Below, in pieces: positions 29,682-37,848 of a stretch of DNA of 64,000 nucleotides (position 1 is its first letter; every line of letters begins with the position of its first letter). This DNA comes from Promethearchaeota archaeon. GTDB taxonomy: Archaea > Asgardarchaeota > Lokiarchaeia > Sigyniarchaeales > SOKP01. Under the pieces are notes generated by a model. That model searched no databases. It was not told the DNA's origin and saw nothing but the letters and a program-made list of their open reading frames with translations. The position numbers and the translations under genes were made by a program. The stretch is taken from positions 15,809 through 79,808 of the forward strand of contig JAEOTA010000004.1 in the NCBI GenBank assembly GCA_016840085.1. Direction: 5' to 3'.

Positions 29682-30581
29682 CTAATTGATGTCAAGAATA
29701 TTAGAAAGAAATAAATTTAGATCAAATGGTTTTAAATCGTCATAACCTTGACCTACACCTAGAAAAATGATTGGTTTCTTTGTTTCAAATGAAATTGATA
29801 AAGCAGCACCTCCTTTAGCATCAGCATCAAGCTTAGTTAGGATATTAGCATCAATTCCAACATGTTTTTTAAATTCTTTTGCTTGATACAACGCATCATT
29901 TCCAGCAAGACTATCTCCTACAAACACAATTAAATCTGGTTGACTAACTCTACAGATTTTTTGCATTTCTTTCATTAAATTTTTGTCAGAAACCTGGCGT
30001 CCGGCTGTATCTACCAAGACAACATCTATATTTTTAGCTTTCGCATGCTCTATTGTATCGTAGACGACAGAGGCAGGATCAGATTTATATTCATGTTTAA
30101 TAGTATTTATCCCCACATTATTCATGTGATACGTCAATTGTTCTATAGCTGCAGCTCGGAATGTGTCTGCAGCTGCGGCTACAATTGACAATTGATTTTT
30201 CTTTAAATAATGTGCAATCTTTGCCATTGTGGTTGTTTTACCCGTTCCATTTACACCAAGAAAAACGATAATATATGGTGAATTTTGAGCTATCTTTTTG
30301 TTTATTTCTTCTAATAGGTTTATTTCTTTATCAGGAGTCAAGATATTTATAATAATCTCTTTTAAAGTCTCAAATAATAAATTTTTAGTAGAGGTTAATC
30401 GACTAATTTGTTGTCCTTTAAACGATTCGATCATTTGATTACAAATTTCATCAGCTGTGTCAATAGCAACATCATTACTAATGAGTAATAGCTTTAAGTC
30501 GTTAATAGAGTTATCCATCTTCTCCTCGGTTAAACTTTTTTTAACAAAAGTCGAAAATACATTCTTTAATTTTTCAAGCAT
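29682..30581 (-). CDS. ftsY: signal recognition particle receptor FtsY
   Basis: SRP GTPase motifs GVNGTGKTT, DTAGR, TKLD. Confidence 0.95.
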   Translation of the reverse strand: MLEKLKNVFSTFVKKSLTEEKMDNSINDLKLLLISNDVAIDTADEICNQMIESFKGQQISRLTSTKNLLFETLKEIIINILTPDKEINLLEEINKKIAQNSPYIIVFLGVNGTGKTTTMAKIAHYLKKNQLSIVAAAADTFRAAAIEQLTYHMNNVGINTIKHEYKSDPASVVYDTIEHAKAKNIDVVLVDTAGRQVSDKNLMKEMQKICRVSQPDLIVFVGDSLAGNDALYQAKEFKKHVGIDANILTKLDADAKGGAALSISFETKKPIIFLGVGQGYDDLKPFDLNLFLSNILDIN

Positions 30582-30644
30582 TTACTTTTTCACAAGAATT
30601 AGCAAATATATAAATAGTTATAACAATGACAAATATCAAAAAAA

Positions 30645-31061
30645 TTACTTTTGACCAATAACTCCTTGTATGAGATTTGAAGTCTCTTGTAAATTTATAT
30701 CTAAATTTTGTAATTGAGTTCTTAAGAATTGAATCTGCTTATTATGTTGTTCAATCAGTTTATCAAGAAATTCAATACTACCATTTAAATCTCTTTCAAT
30801 TACAACATCTTGAGTTACAGAAAGTAGTATTTTCTCGGGATTTTTAATGGATGCCTTGATACTAGCCAATCCACCAATTGGAACTAATATCTCATCTCCA
30901 TCTTTTACACCCTCCTTCAAATTTTCTACCGTAGTTTTAGTGTTTAATATATTTCCAAGAGAAGCATTAATAATCTCTAACTGACCTTGATACATACCTC
31001 GTTGCTCTTTTAAATATCTGAATTTTAACAATTGTTCCTGATAATTTTTAGAGGACTCCAA
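30645..31061 (-). CDS. pfdA: prefoldin alpha subunit
   Basis: Coiled coil, then beta hairpins (ILVPIGGLASIKA), then coiled coil. Conserved position next to ftsY and rplX. Confidence 0.8.
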   Translation of the reverse strand: MESSKNYQEQLLKFRYLKEQRGMYQGQLEIINASLGNILNTKTTVENLKEGVKDGDEILVPIGGLASIKASIKNPEKILLSVTQDVVIERDLNGSIEFLDKLIEQHNKQIQFLRTQLQNLDINLQETSNLIQGVIGQK

Positions 31062-31088
31062 TTTTATAACACCCGTTTAAATGATTAA

Positions 31089-31316
31089 TTAATCTGATAA
31101 TTCTCTTATAACATAATCTTGAGCTTCATCTAAAGTAATTTCTTTAATTTCTTGTATAGTGATCTGACGTCTATAAATACCTATCGATGTAATTTGAGAT
31201 AATACCTTTTCAATAGCATCTTCTTCTCTCAAAGCACGCACTTCTTTACGGAATAAATATTTTTTATGATTCTTTTTGTAGCTCCCAATAATTCTATATA
31301 TTTTTATCTTTGACAT
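31089..31316 (-). CDS. rplX: 50S ribosomal protein LX (eL20/L18Ae family)
   Basis: 75 aa (IYRIIGSYKK..FRKEVRALREEDAIEKV) in the conserved position. Confidence 0.8.
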   Translation of the reverse strand: MSKIKIYRIIGSYKKNHKKYLFRKEVRALREEDAIEKVLSQITSIGIYRRQITIQEIKEITLDEAQDYVIRELSD

Positions 31317-31415
31317 AGCTATTATAAATCTTTGTATCGTAGTTTATAGAAAAAGATAATACTTTAAAAATATTAAATTTTTCTTTTTATCTCTTGCTAA
31401 ATTAAGTCTATGGTT

Positions 31416-32096
31416 TCATAAATTAAGAATAGAAGTAAGTCTCATGAGCTCAGGACCGGTTGAATCACTCCCAAATATTCCGCTTTTATCATTTACAATT
31501 GCTCCTGAACTAAGATATGGTATCCCGCGATTAATTGTTGAAACATCAACCTCATTAACTTTCAAAATTGAACAAATATATTCAATTTCCTCATCAGTAG
31601 CAAGTGGATGCACTAAACATCCATTATTATTAGCTAACGAAATTGAACCTGGAAGATAATTATCAGCAAATTCATAAACTACGGTCTCAACATTTAAGAC
31701 ATCTTCAATTTCAGTTTTATAATCTTCTAAAAATGCACTAATTATAGCGCCCTTATCATTGCAAAGTATTAAATTCCCAAAGGCGTTATCGATGGATTTT
31801 AATATAGCAATTTGTGAAGAATCATTTACTTCTTTCAAAATATCTTTTAATTTATTTAGCTCATCATCTTTAATAAGGTGTGGGACAATTATACCATATT
31901 TATTTGATGCTATATACACCCCTAATAAAATGGAATCGTTAATAGTAAGAGGATAAAAAGATTCCTGAAAAATAGTTTTAAATTTTTTTAACTGTTGTAT
32001 TAATAATGTAGGAGGATAAAGAATGTATGAATTATTAGCAGATAAATATACACCAATTAGACTTTTACCAAATATTTGAGATCTTAAAATTGCCAT
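31416..32096 (-). CDS. eif6: translation initiation factor 6 (aIF6)
   Basis: Pentein-repeat protein with SLIGVY..NN, GNLILCND, GCLVHP and GAIVND. Confidence 0.9.
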   Translation of the reverse strand: MAILRSQIFGKSLIGVYLSANNSYILYPPTLLIQQLKKFKTIFQESFYPLTINDSILLGVYIASNKYGIIVPHLIKDDELNKLKDILKEVNDSSQIAILKSIDNAFGNLILCNDKGAIISAFLEDYKTEIEDVLNVETVVYEFADNYLPGSISLANNNGCLVHPLATDEEIEYICSILKVNEVDVSTINRGIPYLSSGAIVNDKSGIFGSDSTGPELMRLTSILNL

Positions 32097-32105
32097 TTTT
32101 AGTTC

Positions 32106-32546
32106 CTAAGCTAAATATACCACACAAAGTCCATCAATATTCTTTGTAACTCTCACTTTTAACTTTCGTGGAGGTTTTTGAATTCCTTGTTTCCAGATTC
32201 GTTCGTTTACTTCTTGAGAAATAATTAAAGATTCTGGTTTAAAGTGACGAGTCATGAAATCTCTAAGATATCTTATTGATTTTTTAGCCCATTTGTTTCT
32301 TGGGCCTTTTCTTGCTTTAGCAAGAGGGATTATATATATTCTTTCATCAATAATTTCTTCTTTAGGAACCTCTTCTTCCTCTTCTAGAATTTCAGCTTCT
32401 TCTTCAAAAACTTCACTTATTTCTTCCTCTTCAGTAATCTCATCTAAACTAAACTCTTCAATTTCTTCTATTTCTTCTTCGAGTTCGGATTCTTCTAGTT
32501 CTTCTTCCAAATCATCTAAACTAATTTCCTTTTCTTTCTTTGCCAT
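32106..32546 (-). CDS. rpl31e: 50S ribosomal protein eL31 with an acidic ~65-aa N-terminal extension as drawn
   Basis: The core ERIYIIPLAKARKGPRNKWAKKSIRYLRDFMTRH matches eL31. The upstream part of the ORF is almost pure E/D/I/L. Confidence 0.85.
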   Translation of the reverse strand: MAKKEKEISLDDLEEELEESELEEEIEEIEEFSLDEITEEEEISEVFEEEAEILEEEEEVPKEEIIDERIYIIPLAKARKGPRNKWAKKSIRYLRDFMTRHFKPESLIISQEVNERIWKQGIQKPPRKLKVRVTKNIDGLCVVYLA

Positions 32547-32580
32547 TTTTACTCAGAATACTTACATTTATAAATTATAT

Positions 32581-32742
32581 TTAATCTCTCTTTAATCTTG
32601 TATTCCTCCAGGATCTTCGAGTATATGGACTAGTTCTAAACTTCCCACCTGTCCTCATTGTCACCCAACTAGGTATTGATTTACTTTGTTTCATACTTTT
32701 TGCTCTTCTTAATTTAGAAGGCAAATTTTTATTACGAGCCAT
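32581..32742 (-). CDS. rpl39e: 50S ribosomal protein eL39
   Basis: MARNKNLPSKLRRAKSMKQSKSIPSWVTMRTGGKFRTSPYTRRSWRNTRLKRD from the internal ATG at 32742. The longer track ORF overlaps the upstream gene. Confidence 0.9.
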   Translation of the reverse strand: MARNKNLPSKLRRAKSMKQSKSIPSWVTMRTGGKFRTSPYTRRSWRNTRLKRD

Positions 32743-32758
32743 TCTATTTTCCTTCTTT

Positions 32759-33100
32759 TTACTTTTTAATATTAAATTCTTTTTTTTTCCCCATAGAGGA
32801 TATTTGTTCAAGCAACTTTTTAAATGCTTTATCTGATAATGGAATAGAACCACTTAATCTTCCTGATTGAAGAAGCTGTATTAATTGTAATTCTATCTGC
32901 TCAGCAAATTGTGGTTTTACCATTCGAATATTTTCTAACCTTTGTCTTCCCTCTACGCTTAATATCTTCCTCATTAGTTGATATTTTTGGTCTTGATATT
33001 CTTTTTGCTGAGCTGCAGCAATTTGCTGCTGGACCGCTTGTTGTTTTAATTCTTCTAACTTTTTCCTTCTTATGCTCTCTAATTCTTCATCGTCACTCAT
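32759..33100 (-). CDS. PDCD5/TFAR19-family DNA-binding protein
   Basis: EELESIRRKKLEEL...ILSVEGRQRLENIRMVKP...AEQIELQLIQL. Sits in the conserved position between rps19e and rpl39e. Confidence 0.8.
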   Translation of the reverse strand: MSDDEELESIRRKKLEELKQQAVQQQIAAAQQKEYQDQKYQLMRKILSVEGRQRLENIRMVKPQFAEQIELQLIQLLQSGRLSGSIPLSDKAFKKLLEQISSMGKKKEFNIKK

Positions 33101-33133
33101 AACAGCTCACTCAAAATCATTAATCCAATATTT

Positions 33134-33559
33134 TTAACTTTTCTGCCTTAGAATCGTATATGCCGTCCTTTCTAGCAAACTTAACCCTTCAGGAGATACA
33201 ACTCTTCCCAACCTTTCTTTATTTTCGATTAAATTTGCTTTTTCTAACTGTTGTAAGGCAACTCTTATAATTTTACCACCTGCTTTAGCAGAATGCTTTA
33301 ATCCCTTACCTTTTTTATTTTTTCCACCATAGAATTTTCTAAGTTTATTCACTCCTATAGGTTCAAATTTCTTAACTTTTCTAAGCAATGATGCACATCG
33401 AATATACCAGAAGTTTTCTGAGTCAGCAGGAGCTAATTCTTTAAAAAATGCTGTCTTCCAAAATTCAGAACCTTGAGGCGGATTAATTTCAGGAAATTCT
33501 TTTAATTTCTCTGCTATTTCTTTTATTAATTTATCTGGCTGGACAACGTAGATCGACAT
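33134..33559 (-). CDS. rps19e: 30S ribosomal protein eS19
   Basis: WYIRCASLLRKV..GG..KGKGLKHSAKAGGKIIR..LQQLEKANLI. Confidence 0.9.
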   Translation of the reverse strand: MSIYVVQPDKLIKEIAEKLKEFPEINPPQGSEFWKTAFFKELAPADSENFWYIRCASLLRKVKKFEPIGVNKLRKFYGGKNKKGKGLKHSAKAGGKIIRVALQQLEKANLIENKERLGRVVSPEGLSLLERTAYTILRQKS

Positions 33560-33663
33560 ATCAAATCAAATGCTCTTTAATATTTTCTAAGATATTAATC
33601 TTTAATTCAATCGTTCTTTATTATATTTGATACGTTTTAAAAGTTAGAATAAATTAAAAATTT

Positions 33664-33957
33664 TTGTATTTTATGAGTTCTAGGACGATGGATTATCAAA
33701 AAGAATTTAAAAAAGTGGTATTATCACAACCACATTGCATTTTAGGTAAAAAAGGAATTACTAATGACTTTATCAATCATGTAACTAAATTGTTAAAAAG
33801 ATATAAAATAATTAAAATCAAAGCATTAAAGTCAGTTGCGACAAAATCGAATATAAAAGAATTGGCAAACCAAATTTCTCACTTAACTCAATCTTTTTTG
33901 GTAGATATCAGAGGAAAAATATTTATTCTTTCTTTACAGAAGATAAATAAAATTTAA
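33664..33957 (+). CDS. YhbY/CRM-domain RNA-binding protein
   Basis: ILGKKGITNDFINHV...YKIIKIK pattern, about 90 aa. Confidence 0.7.
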   Translation: MYFMSSRTMDYQKEFKKVVLSQPHCILGKKGITNDFINHVTKLLKRYKIIKIKALKSVATKSNIKELANQISHLTQSFLVDIRGKIFILSLQKINKI

Positions 33958-33987
33958 TTAATTAGTATTGACCCCTTGAGCTATTAA

Positions 33988-34341
33988 ATGCCAAAAAAAA
34001 ACAAAAAGTCTAAATATCTTATAAAAAGAATAGCAAATTCTCGTATGCTTTATTTACTTCAAAGAGCTCATGAAATATTTCCTCAGAAAAAGGAATTAGC
34101 GAATAGATATGCCTATTTAGCTAGACGATATGCTCAAAGAGCAAAAATTAAGATCCCTGCTGAGTGGAAAAAACGTATATGTAATAAATGTAAAAATTTC
34201 TTATACCCTGGATTGAACTGTAGGGTAAGACTGCATTCACATAGAGGAAAAGGTTCTCACGTTTCTTTAACTTGTTTCGATTGCGATAAAACTACTCGGT
34301 ACTTCATTAAATTAAAAAATAATTCTGATAATAAGAATTAA
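33988..34341 (+). CDS. rnp4: RNase P protein component 4 (Rpp21/Rpr2)
   Basis: Helical N-terminus (ANRYAYLARRYAQRAKIKIP) plus Zn ribbon CNKCKNFL...LTCFDCD. Confidence 0.85.
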   Translation: MPKKNKKSKYLIKRIANSRMLYLLQRAHEIFPQKKELANRYAYLARRYAQRAKIKIPAEWKKRICNKCKNFLYPGLNCRVRLHSHRGKGSHVSLTCFDCDKTTRYFIKLKNNSDNKN

Positions 34342-34366
34342 TAAAAAATAGAGATTGAAGTAATAT

Positions 34367-35041
34367 ATGCCTTTAATTATTATTCTTGTGGAATGTGGAC
34401 TGGAATTAATCCCTAAAAAAATAAGAAATCATTCTGCTGTCAGAAAAAATATCTCATCAAATATCTATTCTTCACAACTATTAGATAATGCTTTACATCA
34501 TAGTGCTATGAAAGATTTAGAAAATCTAAAAAAAAGAGGGCGACCTGACATCGCTCATTTGTGTTTACTCAATGCTTTAGGCTCTCCATTAAATAAAACT
34601 GGTAATTTAAGTCTATTTGTCCATACTATACACAATAAAATCTTTAGATTTAACCCTGAAATTAGAATCGCGAGAAATTTTAATCGATTTAAAGGATTAA
34701 TGGCAAAACTATTGATTGATGGCAATATAAATTCAGATGGTATAGAATTGATTTCTGAGGTTGAAGGAGATTTACAAAATTTAATTGGTTCATTTAATAA
34801 TCCAGAAATTATTCTATTTTCAAGTAAAGGAAAATTAATTTATGACTATAAGAACTTATTTTTAGAAGATTTATCGAAAAATGTGGTAGCTATTATTGGT
34901 GCATTTCAGAAGAGCACGTTCTCACAAAAACTTTTAAAACTCTCTACTAATTTAATTTCCATATCAAAGTATTCATTAGACGCATGGATTGTAACTAATA
35001 AGATTATTACATACTATGAGTTAAGTCATAAAATTCAATAA
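34367..35041 (+). CDS. nep1: rRNA small-subunit pseudouridine methyltransferase Nep1/Emg1
   Basis: LIIILVECGLELIP ... RGRPDIAHLCLLNALGSPLNK, a SPOUT fold signature. Confidence 0.85.
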   Translation: MPLIIILVECGLELIPKKIRNHSAVRKNISSNIYSSQLLDNALHHSAMKDLENLKKRGRPDIAHLCLLNALGSPLNKTGNLSLFVHTIHNKIFRFNPEIRIARNFNRFKGLMAKLLIDGNINSDGIELISEVEGDLQNLIGSFNNPEIILFSSKGKLIYDYKNLFLEDLSKNVVAIIGAFQKSTFSQKLLKLSTNLISISKYSLDAWIVTNKIITYYELSHKIQ

Positions 35042-35083
35042 AATCACTAAAGTTATAAGAAATGGTGATTTTTATAATTATAA

Positions 35084-35155
35084 GCGCCGCTAGTCTAGGG
35101 GTTATGATTCTGGCCTTCCAAGCCAGTGACCCGGGTTCGATTCCCGGGCGGCGCA
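35084..35155 (+). tRNA. tRNA-Gly(UCC), intronless, no encoded CCA
   Basis: GCGCCGC/GCGGCGC acceptor stem, anticodon arm CTGGC-CTTCCAA-GCCAG, T-arm CCGGG-TTCGATT-CCCGG, discriminator A. Confidence 0.95.
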
Positions 35156-35558
35156 TATTCTGATTTCAAATTTATCTGTTAATTTTTCTTTTTTTACTCA
35201 TATTTAAATCTTTTTTTTATGATTATCTATTTTGTCTCTTATTCTCAAAAGTGGAATTATTCCCAACTCTTACTATATCGAATTTCTATTTTTATTTATA
35301 TTAAAAATTTGATGATTTTTTGATAAAGAAATAAGCCGGTTTATATTTCAAAAGGCATAAAGTTAAATTTACAAACTTGTATGTTTTAATAGAAAAAACG
35401 TCATCTGAATATATACCATTTCCATATTGAATATTAGATCACTTTTTTATTTATTATAAATGGCGTTTTTTCATCTTTTTCCATTTTTTAATAGCATATT
35501 TCAATAATCTTATATTTTTATCATAATTATTGAGTTTACAAATTCAATTCTTTTTAAA

Positions 35559-36686
35559 ATGGTTAAATATATTTATAAAGAATTCAAAAGTGTATTAAAC
35601 AAATTAAAATATCCAGATTCTTGGTTTTGGGCGCGCTATACCTTAAATGCATATTTTGGATGTGCCCACGCATGCATATATTGTGATGCCCGAAGCCAAC
35701 GATATTATTTAAAAGATTTTGAGAATGAAGTCATTATCAAAACTGATTTTGATAAAAAATTAGATCTCAGACTTAAAAGAGCTCGAACATTGTTGCCTGA
35801 TGTAATAGCTCCAGGTGGTGTAAATGATGCATATCAACCTATTGAAAAAAAAGTTAAACAAACAAGAAAGGTCTTGCAAGTTATAGCAAAACATAAATTT
35901 CCAATAAATATCGCTACTAAATCAAAATTAATTACTCGAGATATTGATATTCTTAAAAAAATCGCAGCTGATACTTGGTGTACTATAGGATTCTCGATAT
36001 CTACCACGAATGTAGAATTAGCGAAATTTTTGGAACCATATTCTTCCCCTCCTTCAGAACGCCTTGAAGCATTAAAAATTATAAAAAAAGAAGCACCTAA
36101 AATCCAAGTTGGCACCTACTTTATTCCAATCATTCCCTTTTTAGAAGATGATGAAAATAATTTAGAAGATGTAATTAAAAAGACAAAAGAAACTGGAGCA
36201 GATTTTATATTAATTAGTCCTGGTTTGACGTTAAGGGATTTACAAGCAGAATATTTCATTAAAAAACTAAAAAAAAGTAAATATCAACATGTTGTTAAAC
36301 TACTTTTAAACTTATACAAAGGTCAAATGCATCCTCCTGCTGATTATGTCCACAAGATGCATTTAAAACTATTTAGTTTATCTCAAAAATATAATCTACC
36401 TCTTCGTGCGAAAAGATGGATCCCAAAGGATTATAGGAAATGGAATTATAAAATTTCTGAAATTTTGTTGAACAAAGAATACATTGATCTCATAAAAACA
36501 GGTATATCAAATACAACCATGAAATGGGCTGGTTTAAAATTGAATAATCTGAAAGAATCGATAATCGATGTATATAAAAATGGTAGAATTGACCAGTTAG
36601 AAGGTTTTTATAAAAAAGAAATCAATATTATTAAACCCTATGTAGAAAAATTTGATAAAAAAACAAATTTAGATAAATTTTTATGA
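35559..36686 (+). CDS. radical SAM protein (SplB/COG1533-like DNA-repair lyase family)
   Basis: CAHACIYC is a CX3CX2C motif in the expected N-terminal context. Confidence 0.65.
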   Translation: MVKYIYKEFKSVLNKLKYPDSWFWARYTLNAYFGCAHACIYCDARSQRYYLKDFENEVIIKTDFDKKLDLRLKRARTLLPDVIAPGGVNDAYQPIEKKVKQTRKVLQVIAKHKFPINIATKSKLITRDIDILKKIAADTWCTIGFSISTTNVELAKFLEPYSSPPSERLEALKIIKKEAPKIQVGTYFIPIIPFLEDDENNLEDVIKKTKETGADFILISPGLTLRDLQAEYFIKKLKKSKYQHVVKLLLNLYKGQMHPPADYVHKMHLKLFSLSQKYNLPLRAKRWIPKDYRKWNYKISEILLNKEYIDLIKTGISNTTMKWAGLKLNNLKESIIDVYKNGRIDQLEGFYKKEINIIKPYVEKFDKKTNLDKFL

Positions 36687-37429
36687 CGATTTCTGATATT
36701 ATCACAAGCATAATAAAAGATAACCTCAAAAAAACAGCTCCTTCCTTAACTAACGACCAAATTAGACGAAGAGATAGGGTTTTAAATTCAGATAATCCTA
36801 ATTTTATAGGATATGGACATACACTCTCAGAAATAGAAAAAATCGTAAGGTTAATTCATAAAGATTACCCTTGTAGTTATGAGGAAGCTATTACTGTTTT
36901 CAAGAATTTGGTTAGCTCCAACGTTCATGAAGAGAAATTTGCAGGAATTTTCTTTCTTAATCGATTTAAAAACAGTTTTAATGATGATACTATTGATATG
37001 TTAGAACAACAGATTTCTAAACACTGTGATACATGGGCTTTCTGTGATAGTAGCTGTATTAGAGTAATTGCCCCATTTCTCGGAAAAAAAACCAATCAAA
37101 AACTAGCTAAGAAGACTATTGAGAAATGGTCAAATTCAGAAAATCTATGGATTAGAAGAGCATCTCTAGTTATTTCGCTTAAGATTGTAATGATTAAAAA
37201 AGAATTCGATGAGACGCATGTGTTCGATTTTGTTGAAAAAATGATTACAATACCAGAAGATTATATCCAAAAAGCAATTGGCTGGCTTCTCAAAACCTGT
37301 TCAAAATTTAATCTAGAATCAATTTTCAATTACTTGATGAAAAATAAAATGAAGCTTCCCCGTTTAATTCTTAGATACGCAAGTGAAAAACTGTCTCAAG
37401 AAAAGAGGGAGCAAGTGCTAAAGAAATAA
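36683..37429 (+). CDS. DNA alkylation repair protein (AlkD-like HEAT repeat family)
   Basis: The ATGA start/stop overlaps the previous gene. WIRRASLV and AIGWLLK motifs are typical of PF08713-type proteins. Confidence 0.55.
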   Translation: MTISDIITSIIKDNLKKTAPSLTNDQIRRRDRVLNSDNPNFIGYGHTLSEIEKIVRLIHKDYPCSYEEAITVFKNLVSSNVHEEKFAGIFFLNRFKNSFNDDTIDMLEQQISKHCDTWAFCDSSCIRVIAPFLGKKTNQKLAKKTIEKWSNSENLWIRRASLVISLKIVMIKKEFDETHVFDFVEKMITIPEDYIQKAIGWLLKTCSKFNLESIFNYLMKNKMKLPRLILRYASEKLSQEKREQVLKK

Positions 37430-37848
37430 GAGAACATGTTTTAATATAGGATTTTTTTGAAAAATAGAATATCCCCTATCTTCTTATTCAAAAGTATTAA
37501 ATACTGTCTTGTCAAAGTTATACTTAATCCAATTAATATTGGGTGAAGAAACATGAAATCTAATTTAAAGAAAATAATACTATTGATTATATTTGGAGTA
37601 ATTTTATCATTTTGATAAATACAAATTTTTTTTTAAGTACTTTTTACTCCCAAGTTCTTTTAATTTTTGACAAAACTATAAAAATGCTTAACTCTTAAAC
37701 TACTATGACATAAAAATGTCGACATCGAAATTTCAATGATTATTCATTTTCAGCCAAAATTACATCTGGAAGTAAAGTAATTACAATATTTATTGTAAAT
37801 AAAAGAGTTGAATTAAAAATAAAATACAAAGTAAGATCTATATCAATT

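Noticed and set aside
32254-32595. 113-aa serine-rich ORF on the + strand
   Set aside because: It is the antisense mirror of the GAA/GAG-rich acidic region of rpl31e (TCT/TCC runs). No independent support.
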